32,000 nt of DNA from Candidatus Electrothrix yaqonensis (GTDB lineage Bacteria; Desulfobacterota; Desulfobulbia; Desulfobulbales; Desulfobulbaceae). Position numbers and translations under genes: made by a program. The DNA is taken from assembly GCA_047651235.1 (NCBI GenBank), contig CP178758.1, forward strand, positions 2,040,001 to 2,072,000, written 5' to 3'. A model generated the notes under the pieces. The model did no database searches. It was not told where the DNA came from and worked only from the letters and a program-made list of their open reading frames with translations. This document shows positions 21,571 through 31,796 of the stretch, piece by piece (the stretch's first letter is position 1; each line of letters opens with the position of its first letter).

Positions 21571-23436
21571 ATGTTGAAGACTCAAGTTACCCTGCCGTCT
21601 GTTTCCCTGAATGACGATGAATTTCTTGAAGGCGACGAAGTCATTCTTGCAGTGGATGATTATCATGCCGTTGTGCATCTGCTGCAGGATTTCCTGCACC
21701 AGCATGAACTGGAAACTGTGACCGCCAGCTCTGCCCGCGAGTTCCGGGAGAAATTCGTCCAGCTGCCGGTTGCTCTGGTTCTGCTTGATATCAATCTGCC
21801 TGATGCGGACGGCACTGAACTCATCTCGGAAATCAAGGATTCCAGTCCGAATACAGCGATCATCATGCTGTCGGCTGCAACAGATCTCCAGACCGCTCTG
21901 GAATGCCTCAGACACGGCGCTGATGATTATCTGACCAAACCGGTGCAGCTGACCGCTTTCTGGGAAACTGTCCGCAAGGTTCTTGAAAAACGGCGGCTGC
22001 AGATCAACAACCGGCGGTACCAGCTGCAGCTTGAACAGGCAAATTTCCGGATTCAGCTCCTGCATGAACTGGCCATGAAGATGAACACGGCCTATCTCGG
22101 CATGACTGCTCTGGATGAAATCCTGCAGGCCATCCTGGTCGGCATCACTGCTGAGGAAGGGCTTAAATTCAATCGGGCCTTTCTTGCTCTGTTTGATTCT
22201 TCCGGTACAATGCTGGAAGGAAAGCTGGCAGTCGGCCCCGGGTGTCGTGAGGATGCGATCCGCATCTGGCAGGAAATGAACAGCCGCGATATGGGATTTC
22301 ACGATATTATTGAAGCTATCAAAGAGCACGATTTCCAGGAAGACGGCGAGGTCAACAGAATTGTCCGGGCCCTGCGCATACCTTCCGACAACAGCGAACA
22401 CCTGCTCATCCGGGCAGCAATGGAACGAAAAACCATCAATGTACAGAAGGGCCAATGTAAAGTGCCTAAAGTTCCGGTGTCGGTAGATCTCATGGGACTG
22501 CTGCAGGAAGACAGTTTTGTCGTAGTGCCCCTGTTTTCGTCAGGCAGAGCACTCGGCGTGATTATTGCGGATCACTTTGTGACAGGACAGGAAATTGACG
22601 CTCCCCTTATCCATGCTCTGGAAAGTTTTGCCACCCAAGCGAGTCTTGCCATAGAGCATTGCCGTCTGTATAAGGAAATGGAGCTGAAAATAGAGGAACT
22701 GGAACTGGTTACCCATGAACTTGAGGCAAATAAAGATCTGCTTGTCGAGTCTGAACGTTATTCGGCAGTCGGCCAGGTTGCAGCGCAGCTTGCGCATAAT
22801 ATCCGCAACCCTATAACCTCAATCGGCGGTACAGCCAGATTGCTCAGCCGGAAGTCCGGCGACCCGCAGCTGCTCAAATTTTTGGAGATGATGACCGCAG
22901 AGGTTGCCAAAATAGAACAGACCCTGGAGGATCTGTTTAATTTTGTTGAAAAAACCGTCCTAAAAAAAGAGCTGGTTCTTCTCTATCCGATCATCATAAA
23001 ATCCCTGATGCTTTTTTATACGGTTATGCAGAAGCAGGGGATTGAATATCAGGCCGTTGTTCCGGAACAGCTGATGTGCGAACTCGACCCCCTGCAGATG
23101 AAACGGGTGTTAGTGCATCTTATCCGCAATGCTGTGGAAGCAATGGAGAATGGAGGAGAACTGATTGTGGAGGTGACCACGGACTCCGGCCAGATTCGCA
23201 TTGCTGTACGGGACAGCGGAATGGGCATTGCCGATGCTGACCTGCAGCGGGTTTCTGATCCGTTTTATACCACAAAGATTGCCGGAACCGGCGTAGGACT
23301 GGCTCTGGTTGAGCGGATCGTCAGCGACCACGACGGCGAACTTGTTATCCGCAGTCAAAAGGGCGGGGGAACAGAAGTTATCGTGACTCTGCCGTCATCA
23401 TCAGACGCTCAGGTTATCCCCTCAGCTTGTTGTTAA
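21571..23436 (+). CDS. Hybrid sensor: receiver (REC) - GAF - histidine kinase
   Basis: REC (ILAVDDY...LVLLDINLPDADG...MLSA...KP), then a GAF-like middle, then an H-box (AAQLAHNIRNPITSIGG), then HATPase motifs (HLIRNAVEAM, DSGMGI, GTGVGLALV). Confidence 0.85.
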   Translation: MLKTQVTLPSVSLNDDEFLEGDEVILAVDDYHAVVHLLQDFLHQHELETVTASSAREFREKFVQLPVALVLLDINLPDADGTELISEIKDSSPNTAIIMLSAATDLQTALECLRHGADDYLTKPVQLTAFWETVRKVLEKRRLQINNRRYQLQLEQANFRIQLLHELAMKMNTAYLGMTALDEILQAILVGITAEEGLKFNRAFLALFDSSGTMLEGKLAVGPGCREDAIRIWQEMNSRDMGFHDIIEAIKEHDFQEDGEVNRIVRALRIPSDNSEHLLIRAAMERKTINVQKGQCKVPKVPVSVDLMGLLQEDSFVVVPLFSSGRALGVIIADHFVTGQEIDAPLIHALESFATQASLAIEHCRLYKEMELKIEELELVTHELEANKDLLVESERYSAVGQVAAQLAHNIRNPITSIGGTARLLSRKSGDPQLLKFLEMMTAEVAKIEQTLEDLFNFVEKTVLKKELVLLYPIIIKSLMLFYTVMQKQGIEYQAVVPEQLMCELDPLQMKRVLVHLIRNAVEAMENGGELIVEVTTDSGQIRIAVRDSGMGIADADLQRVSDPFYTTKIAGTGVGLALVERIVSDHDGELVIRSQKGGGTEVIVTLPSSSDAQVIPSACC

Positions 23437-24740
23437 CAGGAACAACAGAACGCACAAGCAGCTCCGAACAGCGGCCCGACAAGCCGGATTCTGACCTGCT
23501 GCCCTTTTTCCAACGCTGCATATCCCCCATCTTCTTTTCCGGCACAATCGAGATGGAGAATCGCATTGGCCGGTTCACCCTGTTCTGCCGGACGAACCTG
23601 CAACCGACCTTTCCGCAGCTCCGCCATTGCTCCCTTGAGACTGAGCGGCGTATTCCGGCGGAAACGCACAGGGGCAGTGAGAACGGCATCCGCGAGACTT
23701 TCGGAGAATACTTCTTCTTCCGGCAGCCCCTGCAGACGCTGCAGTCCGGGCATCACAAGTTCATGAAACAGAAGACGGACAGCAGGCGGCGGTCCGGGCA
23801 GGGCAAAGAGCGGTGTTGTGCCGATCATGGCAAACAGGGTGGATTTGCCGGGACGCACTGCAAGACGGGTGTACACAGGCTTTCCGCCAAGACGGGCAAC
23901 AACCTGTTCCATCAGGTCAAATTTGCCCGGTCCCATTCCACCGGTCGTGAGCAGCATATCCGGTGTATCCCGGCCAAGTATATCTTCAATCAGCCTGACT
24001 GCTGTTTTTGTCTCATCCTCCACAGCAGCGGTTCGGAGACAATGACAGCCCCGGACTTCCAGCAGAGAGGAGAGCAGAATTTCGTTGCCAGAAATTTTTC
24101 GGCCGGGCTGTAGAGCGCCTTCTGACCGGACCAGTTCACTGCCGGTGCAGATGACTGCCACGCCGGGTTGTCTGGAGACCATGATCTCCTGGGCACCGTT
24201 TTCCGCCAGCAGGAGCAGATGATCCGGCTGCAGTCGGATTCCGGCAGCAACCAGCAGCTGTCCTTCCCGGATATCCCGGCCCTGCTGGCGGATATAGCCG
24301 CCGTGCCGGGAAAGTTCTGCTGTCGGAATCAGAACGCTGCCGCCTTTTTCCCGGCAGACCTCAAAAGGAACAACCCGGACACAGCCGGAAGGGATCATGG
24401 CTCCGGTCATGATTCTGTACGCCTGCCCTGCCTGCACCTGCCGGTGCTCCGTACAACCGGCAGGGATCTCGCCGATCACCTGAAATTCGGCAAAAGCTGC
24501 ATTCTCTGCAGCAGGTCGGGCTGCCAGCGCGAAGCCGTCTCTGGTGGACTGGCTGTAGAAAGGTTTAGGCCGGACAGCATAAATCGGCTCTGCAGTGATG
24601 TGGCCCAGGGCCTGGAAGACGGGGATTTTCTCCGGCTCAAGAGGACATATCTGTGCTGCAATGGCGACGCGGGCCTGCTGAAGAGAATATTCAATAACCG
24701 GGAACGGAGAGTTCTTCATGCGGTTGTCGGGATCGGTCAT
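23433..24740 (-). CDS. moeA: Molybdopterin molybdotransferase MoeA
   Basis: LSLQQARVAI...L.EALGHI.AEPIYA N-terminus, MoCF-binding core (VAVICTGSEL..., DMLLTTGGMGPGKFD) and a C-terminal beta-barrel. The start could be the Met at 24719. Confidence 0.85.
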   Translation of the reverse strand: MTDPDNRMKNSPFPVIEYSLQQARVAIAAQICPLEPEKIPVFQALGHITAEPIYAVRPKPFYSQSTRDGFALAARPAAENAAFAEFQVIGEIPAGCTEHRQVQAGQAYRIMTGAMIPSGCVRVVPFEVCREKGGSVLIPTAELSRHGGYIRQQGRDIREGQLLVAAGIRLQPDHLLLLAENGAQEIMVSRQPGVAVICTGSELVRSEGALQPGRKISGNEILLSSLLEVRGCHCLRTAAVEDETKTAVRLIEDILGRDTPDMLLTTGGMGPGKFDLMEQVVARLGGKPVYTRLAVRPGKSTLFAMIGTTPLFALPGPPPAVRLLFHELVMPGLQRLQGLPEEEVFSESLADAVLTAPVRFRRNTPLSLKGAMAELRKGRLQVRPAEQGEPANAILHLDCAGKEDGGYAALEKGQQVRIRLVGPLFGAACAFCCSC

Positions 24741-24762
24741 ATACCAACTGCCCGACTGTATT

Positions 24763-25314
24763 TCACGCCAGGGCCATGCCGAACAGCATCAGCAGTACCC
24801 CGATGATCAGCAGTAGAAGGTCCAGTCGGGTGTAGCGAAAAATGATCAGTCCGCTCAGAGTAAGAAAAAGGATCAGCAGGGCGACGCCGTCTGTCAGTAG
24901 CACCCAGAACAGGCTGGTTTTAAGGGATTTATGCAGGCTGTTCAGCCAGTACCAGGGCTGCTGTTCCTGCTTGTCGATCCGAACCATGACGCCTTTGGCG
25001 GAGTCAATAATATAGGTTGTCCGACCATGTGAGCCGTAGAGAAATTCAACAGTCCCGCCGTCCCTGATACGGATTACCGCCGGATCATCGTCACGGCCGA
25101 TCTGTTGTTTGTAGCTGTCAATAAATTTGTTGAGCGCATCCTGCTGCTGCACTTCAACAGCGAACGTCTGCTGATGGCGGACTGTAAAGTAGTTAAATGA
25201 TTTCCGGTGGTTCAGCATGACTCCTGTTATGCAGTACAACAGGATAAAACCGGACAGCAGTAATCCGGCCCAGCGGTGCAGCCTGCGCCATTTTCCGATA
25301 TTCAGACGTATCAT
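24763..25314 (-). CDS. PepSY-associated TM helix protein
   Basis: WRRLHRWAGLLLSGFILLYCITGVMLNHR is the PepSY_TM signature. A second TM helix lies at the C-terminus. Confidence 0.6.
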   Translation of the reverse strand: MIRLNIGKWRRLHRWAGLLLSGFILLYCITGVMLNHRKSFNYFTVRHQQTFAVEVQQQDALNKFIDSYKQQIGRDDDPAVIRIRDGGTVEFLYGSHGRTTYIIDSAKGVMVRIDKQEQQPWYWLNSLHKSLKTSLFWVLLTDGVALLILFLTLSGLIIFRYTRLDLLLLIIGVLLMLFGMALA

Positions 25315-25425
25315 ACGGTATCATAAAAAAAATCTGCCGATCTGCATAGTTTCTGAAGCAGACCGGCAGATAGGAGTGAGACGGATTATCCGGAAGGAGC
25401 CGGTGAAACTGAGAAAAATATCCGC

Positions 25426-27951
25426 TCAGCTTTTTCTGATGACCAGTTTTGTCCCCGGATAAAGCTGGTTGCCGTCCAGACTGTTCCAGCGCTTGATTTC
25501 CTGCATGGAGACCTCCAGTTTTCTGGCAATCGACCAGAGGGAATCCCCGTTACGTACTTTGTAATACTTGATTGCATTCTTCTTTTTCTTTCCCGATGCA
25601 TGACTGACATCAAGCAGGGCAACCGCAGAACCGGAGGTCTGATGTTTCCGGGACGGATACAGAGCCAGCTTCCGACCGGCCGGTATCCTGCGCACATCAT
25701 CGATATTATTCCACCGCATAATCCTGGCGACCGAAACACCATACCGCTGACTGATTTCGGACAGGGTTTCGCCTCTACGCAGCCTGTGGGTTATCCTGCC
25801 GTCCATATTGCCTTCACGCCCGGCATGCGTCTGCTCAAGATTGGCGAGAAAATTTTTTCTGCTGCCCGCAGGAACTTTCAGAGCATATTTCCCCTTGCTC
25901 GGCGGGACCGCATCTCTGAGCAGTTCATTATTGAGGTACCGGAGCTTACTTACAGAAAAAGAACCGGCCGCAGCGATGGTTTTCAGCGGGGTGCGGGGAG
26001 GTACCCTGACAATCTCATATGCCAATTTTTTCTTGTAATTGTGTCTGGTAAAACCGTACTTCTCCGGTTCTTCGGCAATGAGGATAGCTGCAATCAGCTT
26101 GGGTACATAACGTTTCGTTTCAAGAGAAAGATATTTATGATCAGCCAGATCCCAGAAATTATCGACCCTGTATTTCGCCAGTCCCCGTTCGATCTTTCCT
26201 TCGCCAGCATTATAGGCCGCAACTGCAAGCTGCCAGTCGCCAAACCGTCTATACAGAGCATCGAGATAGGCAACTGCCGCTTTGGTTGCCTTGACAGTAT
26301 CCCGGCGTTCATCGACCCAAGAATCAATACGCAGTCCGTAGTTCCGCGCTGTGGAGGGAATGAACTGCCATAATCCGGCGGCATGGGCATGAGAATAGGC
26401 GGAGGGCTTGAACCCGGATTCGATCATGGCAAGATACGCCAGTGAGCGGGGAAGGTCGGCTTTCTTCAGTTCCTGTTCAATTACAGGAAGGTACTGTGTT
26501 GATCGTTCCAGCCAGCGTCTGAACGTTCTTCGTTGTTTATTCCGGAACTGGTCCAGATAAAATTCGACCTGTCTGTTGATGATTACTGGAAAATCACAGA
26601 CAGCATTTTCCGTTTTTTCATCCGCTTGCTGCGCCTGTTTTTCCACCTTTTTCTGTTTGTGTTCAGCCGAAGCAGTTGCCGGGTCTGCAGCATCTTCCAT
26701 CTCGGTCGAAGAATCTACATACAAGTCAGGATCAGTCTGCAGCGGAGCCGTCATTTTACATTGACCGCTCAACAAGAATCCGGAAAGAGACTTTGTCTGT
26801 TCATCGATTTTCCAGTTCCCCACCCGGTCTAATGCCGCAAGTTCCTCCTTCAGCTCCTGTTCGGACTGAACCGGAGTGTAGAGCGGAGCCTCTCTAACCG
26901 GTTCCTTTACAGGAAGGATGGCAAGGACCAGCTTATCGGAAGCAACGGCAGCAGTCTCCGTGACGCTTTTTTTTGTCCTGCCGACTTGTTCCTGACCTTC
27001 CGGACGATATGCCGGGCGGACTGATGAAAGCGATATACTACCGGGGGGAAGTGATGTACCGGAGTGAACGGAAACGGAGTGCCGCCTGTCAGCGCCAGAA
27101 GCGGCAACTGAAGAAGTACTGATAGCCACAGTACTTCTTTGAGTGTTTTTCTTTATTCTGCTGATCTTTTTGCTGACCTGTTCTATCCGACGCGCAAGTC
27201 GGCCCGACGGAGCCGATATGCCGGAAGACGCAAAATGCCGCCGTTTATCTGAGTAAACAGTGCTATATGCGGTATTCCCTTTTGTCCTGTTGGTTTGTTT
27301 CAGACGACGTGCAGGGCGGATCACCGGAGCCGAGATAGCAGAATATACGGAATGCTGCTGCCTGTCCGAATAAACTACGGCACTATCCGTGGAGCTCCTC
27401 CTTGGCCTGCTGACCTGTTTTGTCCGATGTGTAGTACGGACAGATGGAACCGGTATGCTGGAATGTTCGGAGTACCAACGCCTTTCAGAAGGAATAGTTG
27501 AAGGAGCAACAGCAGCCGCAGTGCTTTGTTGGCTGTTTTTCTTTATTCTGCTAGCCTGTTCTGTCCGTGCAGAAGGGCGGACCGACAGAGTTGATCCGTC
27601 GGAGTAGATCAGCTTGTCAGAATAAACAACCGTAGCGAGCGGAATATTTTTTCCTCCCGTCTTTTTGCTTTTTTCCGTGCCACGGGCCGCCGGGGGCGAT
27701 CCCCCTGTTTGCCCGCTCTGTCCGGCAGACTTCAATATAGCCTCTGATGCAGCAGCCTCTGTTTTTCCCTGTCGGCTCTCCAGGCCGGGCGGTATTGTCG
27801 GTATTATTTCTGCCGGTGCCGTGACAGCAGAGGAGGAAATAACGGCGGCTTCAGGAGTAAGATTATTTGCTGTTATTCTGGTATGAACAGCCGGTGCACA
27901 GGCTGTAAGAAGGGGAAGAGAGACAAGCTGTACAGCAAGCGAGATTTTCAT
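25426..27951 (-). CDS. mltD: MltD-like membrane-bound lytic murein transglycosylase lipoprotein with 2 LysM domains
   Basis: Lipobox at the Met-31 start (MKISLAVQLVSLPLLTAC). SLT catalytic motif AMIESGFKPSAYSHAHAAGLWQFIPSTA. Two C-terminal LysM domains (HRLRRGETLSEISQRYGVSV..., YKVRNGDSLWSIARKLEVSM...). The ORF track extends to 28041, but the lipoprotein signal supports 27951. Confidence 0.85.
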   Translation of the reverse strand: MKISLAVQLVSLPLLTACAPAVHTRITANNLTPEAAVISSSAVTAPAEIIPTIPPGLESRQGKTEAAASEAILKSAGQSGQTGGSPPAARGTEKSKKTGGKNIPLATVVYSDKLIYSDGSTLSVRPSARTEQASRIKKNSQQSTAAAVAPSTIPSERRWYSEHSSIPVPSVRTTHRTKQVSRPRRSSTDSAVVYSDRQQHSVYSAISAPVIRPARRLKQTNRTKGNTAYSTVYSDKRRHFASSGISAPSGRLARRIEQVSKKISRIKKNTQRSTVAISTSSVAASGADRRHSVSVHSGTSLPPGSISLSSVRPAYRPEGQEQVGRTKKSVTETAAVASDKLVLAILPVKEPVREAPLYTPVQSEQELKEELAALDRVGNWKIDEQTKSLSGFLLSGQCKMTAPLQTDPDLYVDSSTEMEDAADPATASAEHKQKKVEKQAQQADEKTENAVCDFPVIINRQVEFYLDQFRNKQRRTFRRWLERSTQYLPVIEQELKKADLPRSLAYLAMIESGFKPSAYSHAHAAGLWQFIPSTARNYGLRIDSWVDERRDTVKATKAAVAYLDALYRRFGDWQLAVAAYNAGEGKIERGLAKYRVDNFWDLADHKYLSLETKRYVPKLIAAILIAEEPEKYGFTRHNYKKKLAYEIVRVPPRTPLKTIAAAGSFSVSKLRYLNNELLRDAVPPSKGKYALKVPAGSRKNFLANLEQTHAGREGNMDGRITHRLRRGETLSEISQRYGVSVARIMRWNNIDDVRRIPAGRKLALYPSRKHQTSGSAVALLDVSHASGKKKKNAIKYYKVRNGDSLWSIARKLEVSMQEIKRWNSLDGNQLYPGTKLVIRKS

Positions 27952-28400
27952 TATTCTTTTTCTTATGTTAAGATGGCATAAAGATTGGTGTCGAGAACAA
28001 TCGGATGATACAGTATAATTACACACTGCTCTGCAGAACATAAAGCTGCAGGAGTATCCTTAAATGAACTGTACCATAAGTATAAATTATTTTACAAGGA
28101 AAAACATATTGTTGACAATTGTTCCTGTTTTGATTTACAAATATACTGTTATAATAAATATCGGCAGCGACCCGACTCTCTCTGTTTTGTACCCCGTAAC
28201 GGAAACTTTATGAAATTTTTCTTTTCCCGGAAAACTCCGGAAAAATATGTATTGGTCCAGCCCGGCCCCGACTGTCGGGCGTACATGCTGCGCATACCTT
28301 GTAATCTGGTTATCTGCGTATGACCTGTTTAATCCGAACTGACGACATGCCGGAAAAACGTTACATCCCAACCGCAATTTTCTGACCGGACCTTCAATCT

Positions 28401-31400
28401 ATGCGTGGTTTTTTCAGATTTCTCTGTAAATCTTTTTTCTTTTTTACTTTCCTCGGCTTGGTCGCCTCTGCCGGATTTCTGGGCTGGGTCTATTATCTGG
28501 TGACCGAGGTGCCGTGCCCGGAGATGGAGCCTGAAAATATCGCCTCCATTCTCGGACGGGAAAGTCCTGTTTATTATCATGGCGGTCAGGAAAAGATAGG
28601 TGTGCTGTTTGAAGATATTCATCGCCAGTATCTGCAGTACAATCAGATTCCGGAAAAGTTCATCAAGGCTATTATTGCCGCAGAAGATGATCAGTTTTTC
28701 CATCATTACGGCATTGATTTTTATGGAATTGCCAGAGCGGCAATTGCCAACTTTAAAGCAGGGAAGATTGTTCAGGGCGGCAGCACCATCACCCAGCAGA
28801 CTGCGAAAAATTTATTCAAACGGGCAGCCCGTAACTATGAGGCAAAACTGAAGGAGATGCTCTATGCCCTGCGGCTGGAGTACCGTTTTTCCAAAGAAGA
28901 GATTCTCGAATTTTACTGTAATCAGTTTTATGTCAGCGGCAACGGGCACGGACTGGGGGTTGCCGCCCGCTACTATTTCGACAAGGAACCTGCTGATCTG
29001 ACCCTGCTGGAAGCTGCCTTTATTGCCGGTTCCGTCAAGCAGCCGAATTTTTATAATCCGTTTATAAAAGAAGACAAGGTCAGCACCCTGAAGGCCAAGC
29101 TCCGCGCTGAAGAACGGGCCGAGTATGTATTGGGCAAGATGCTCAAGCAGGGCATGATCAGTCAAGCGGAATATGATGCTGCTGTCAACGGAGAAATTAT
29201 GTTCAATCAGGGGAAAACCAGTTTTGCCCTGAATACGATTATGGATCTGGTCAAAGAGGGGCTGTCCTCTGACGTCATTACCGATGCGCTTTCGGAGCAC
29301 GGTATTGATAATATTTCAACCTCCGGTGCACGGATTATTACCACAGTGGATCATGCCCTGCAGACGGAAACTCTGTACAGTCTGCGTCGCGAGCTGTCGC
29401 GCCTTGATGTCCGTCTGCGCGGCTATGAGAGAAAGGAGACCCAAGAGGAGTACAGGAAGCGGAAAGGGGACAGTGAGATCAGAGAAAAAGGGTTTCTCTT
29501 CGGCAGGATAAAAAAAATTAACAAGGAAGATCCTGAACATCCGGTTATTACTGTCAGCTTCGGGCCCAAACAGTCTGAAGGCTTTATTGACCGTCAGGGA
29601 CTGGAACGGATGCTGGTTGCCCTGGTGAAATACAGAAAAAACCGCTGGGCAAAACCGGAAAAAAAAGATCTGGCAGAACTGCTTTCCCGGCTGCAGACCG
29701 GAGACAGAGTGTATGTCAGCGTCAGAGAAGTGGATTTCTTTGATGGTACTCCGACTTTGGAGCTTGAACGCTATCCGGTGCTGCAGGGCGCCGCTCTGGT
29801 TCTGCAGCACGGGATGATCCGGGCAATGGCCGGAGGGGTGGAAAACCGTTTTTTCAACCGTGCTGTTTCCGCAAAACGCGTTATGGGGTCAACCTTCAAA
29901 CCTTTTCTGTTTGCCGCTGCTCTGCAGTTGGGCTGGACGCCTCTGGACAGACTCGACAACCGGAGAAATGCCTTTGTCTTTATGGGGCAACCCTATTTTC
30001 CCCGACCGGATCATAAAAGCCCGTTCAGTCATGTTTCCCTGAGCTGGGCCGGGGTGAAATCGGAAAATGTTGCAGCTGTCTGGCTGCTCTACCATCTGAC
30101 GGACCGGCTCAATCCGGCAAAGCTGCGGGAGGTGGCTGCTGTTCTTGATATGGCACCCAGGATAAAAGGAGGAAAGACGGAAAACTACCAGCAGTTCAGC
30201 AGTCGTATACGCGACCGGTTCGGTATCCGTATTTCTTCCGGTGTGCTTGATCGGGCTGCTTATGAACAGGCTCTCCGCAGGATGGAACCGGATTTTGTGT
30301 TTGACGGCCGGACCGGAGAGTATCAGAGCTGGAAACGCATCCCTTATGGTCTTGATTTCGGTAAATTCCGTTCAGCCCTGTATCAGGCACTGAAAAAAAA
30401 GAAGCTGGATTCCCGCGAGCGCTCGGAGTACTGGTCCCGTATCTCGATGCTGTATCCGAGTTACCTGCAGTTAAGCAGGGTGCAGCGGCGGCTGCTGCAG
30501 CACCGGAAATATATTGAAGAACTGCCTGTCCCGTGGTTCGGCAGCTCTTTTTTCTCCAGGGAAGAGTTGCAGGAAACAGAGGAGAAACGGCCTAAGGGGT
30601 TCTTTGCCGAGAATAACCGGGGCAAGCTGGTGTATACGCTCAGAAGCAAGCTGCCAAAGAGCTGGCGCCGGGTGGAGGATCTTGCTCTGCGCCGTCGGCT
30701 GATCGGTCTTTTTTCTGCTGAACGGAAAGCATTATGGGCAAATATTCTACTGGAAGGTACTGTAACCACTGAGAGCTTCAGAATGGTGCAGCGGCAGATG
30801 CGGGAGGAACGGCAGGCTCTGGCGCAGCATAAAAACTATTCCATGGAGGTGCTGACAGCTGTTTCCGATTACCGGGTCATGGTCGGACTGCAGTATCTGA
30901 TACGCCTTGCCCGCGAAAGCGGGATCAACAGCCCTCTTGCTCCGGTTCTTTCTTTTCCTCTGGGATCAAATGTGGTTTCCCTGCTGGACAGTGTGCGCAT
31001 GTATGAGACGCTGGTAACCGGCAAAAATTATACAGTGCAGTTGTCAGAGGGGCAGAGGGATGAAGAATCCGTTGACAGCCTGGAAGGGTTGGCCATCATT
31101 GAGCGGATCGAGGCGGCGGATGGCAGAATTGTTTATGCGCGGGACACAACGGCACGCCCTGTTTTGGACCGGAAGACCAGCAATGAACTGAGCAGTATTC
31201 TGCAGAATGTTATCCGTTACGGCACAGGGCGTTATGCTGCCAAGAATGTCCGGCTCCGAAGTGACAATGAAGAGCGGAACAATAAATTGAGCAAGATGGA
31301 TCTTCCCCTGCCGCTCATGGGCAAAACAGGCACGGCCAATGATTTCCGCAATGCTGCTTTTTTCGGCTATGTCCCGACAGGCACAGCTGAATCAGCCCTT

Positions 31401-31796
31401 CTTGCCGATGCAGGCTATGCTGTGGGCGTCTATACAGGGTTTGACGACAATGATCCTATGAAAAAGGGAACAACCCGGATCAGCGGTGCTCAGGGGGCGC
31501 TGCCCACCTGGAGCAGCATTGCTGAATATCTGTATACAATCGAAGGCGTCGCTGACCGGCTGGACCCGGTGGATCTCGCTTTCGACGGTATTGCTCTGAA
31601 ATACCCGGACACCGGCCAGTATTTTGTCCCGGTACGGCAGGACAACGGCGGCCTGATGAGCAGAGGAAAGGCGGGTATCCGCTCTGTTATCGCTCCGCCG
31701 AACCCGGCTGTCCTGGGACATGGCAGCGTGAGTGCAAACGGCAGTTTTGAAGCGGAGCGGAGATTTATTCCTTTCTGGCTGAATCAGCAGCCGTAA
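28401..31796 (+). CDS. Class A penicillin-binding protein (GT51 glycosyltransferase plus transpeptidase), long form
   Basis: N-terminal TM anchor. GT51 motifs (AAEDDQFFHHYGID, GGSTITQQTAKN, RLE..FSKEEILE.Y.N). Transpeptidase motifs STFK (S497), SEN (S554) and KTGT (K975). Confidence 0.85.
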   Translation: MRGFFRFLCKSFFFFTFLGLVASAGFLGWVYYLVTEVPCPEMEPENIASILGRESPVYYHGGQEKIGVLFEDIHRQYLQYNQIPEKFIKAIIAAEDDQFFHHYGIDFYGIARAAIANFKAGKIVQGGSTITQQTAKNLFKRAARNYEAKLKEMLYALRLEYRFSKEEILEFYCNQFYVSGNGHGLGVAARYYFDKEPADLTLLEAAFIAGSVKQPNFYNPFIKEDKVSTLKAKLRAEERAEYVLGKMLKQGMISQAEYDAAVNGEIMFNQGKTSFALNTIMDLVKEGLSSDVITDALSEHGIDNISTSGARIITTVDHALQTETLYSLRRELSRLDVRLRGYERKETQEEYRKRKGDSEIREKGFLFGRIKKINKEDPEHPVITVSFGPKQSEGFIDRQGLERMLVALVKYRKNRWAKPEKKDLAELLSRLQTGDRVYVSVREVDFFDGTPTLELERYPVLQGAALVLQHGMIRAMAGGVENRFFNRAVSAKRVMGSTFKPFLFAAALQLGWTPLDRLDNRRNAFVFMGQPYFPRPDHKSPFSHVSLSWAGVKSENVAAVWLLYHLTDRLNPAKLREVAAVLDMAPRIKGGKTENYQQFSSRIRDRFGIRISSGVLDRAAYEQALRRMEPDFVFDGRTGEYQSWKRIPYGLDFGKFRSALYQALKKKKLDSRERSEYWSRISMLYPSYLQLSRVQRRLLQHRKYIEELPVPWFGSSFFSREELQETEEKRPKGFFAENNRGKLVYTLRSKLPKSWRRVEDLALRRRLIGLFSAERKALWANILLEGTVTTESFRMVQRQMREERQALAQHKNYSMEVLTAVSDYRVMVGLQYLIRLARESGINSPLAPVLSFPLGSNVVSLLDSVRMYETLVTGKNYTVQLSEGQRDEESVDSLEGLAIIERIEAADGRIVYARDTTARPVLDRKTSNELSSILQNVIRYGTGRYAAKNVRLRSDNEERNNKLSKMDLPLPLMGKTGTANDFRNAAFFGYVPTGTAESALLADAGYAVGVYTGFDDNDPMKKGTTRISGAQGALPTWSSIAEYLYTIEGVADRLDPVDLAFDGIALKYPDTGQYFVPVRQDNGGLMSRGKAGIRSVIAPPNPAVLGHGSVSANGSFEAERRFIPFWLNQQP

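Noticed and set aside
21541-22455. 304-aa minus-strand ORF.
   Set aside because: It is antisense to the REC-GAF-histidine kinase gene, whose motifs are unambiguous.
23433-23436. 4-nt convergent overlap of the histidine kinase and moeA 3' ends.
   Set aside because: Trivial tail-to-tail overlap with no associated structure. It is not evidence of functional coupling.
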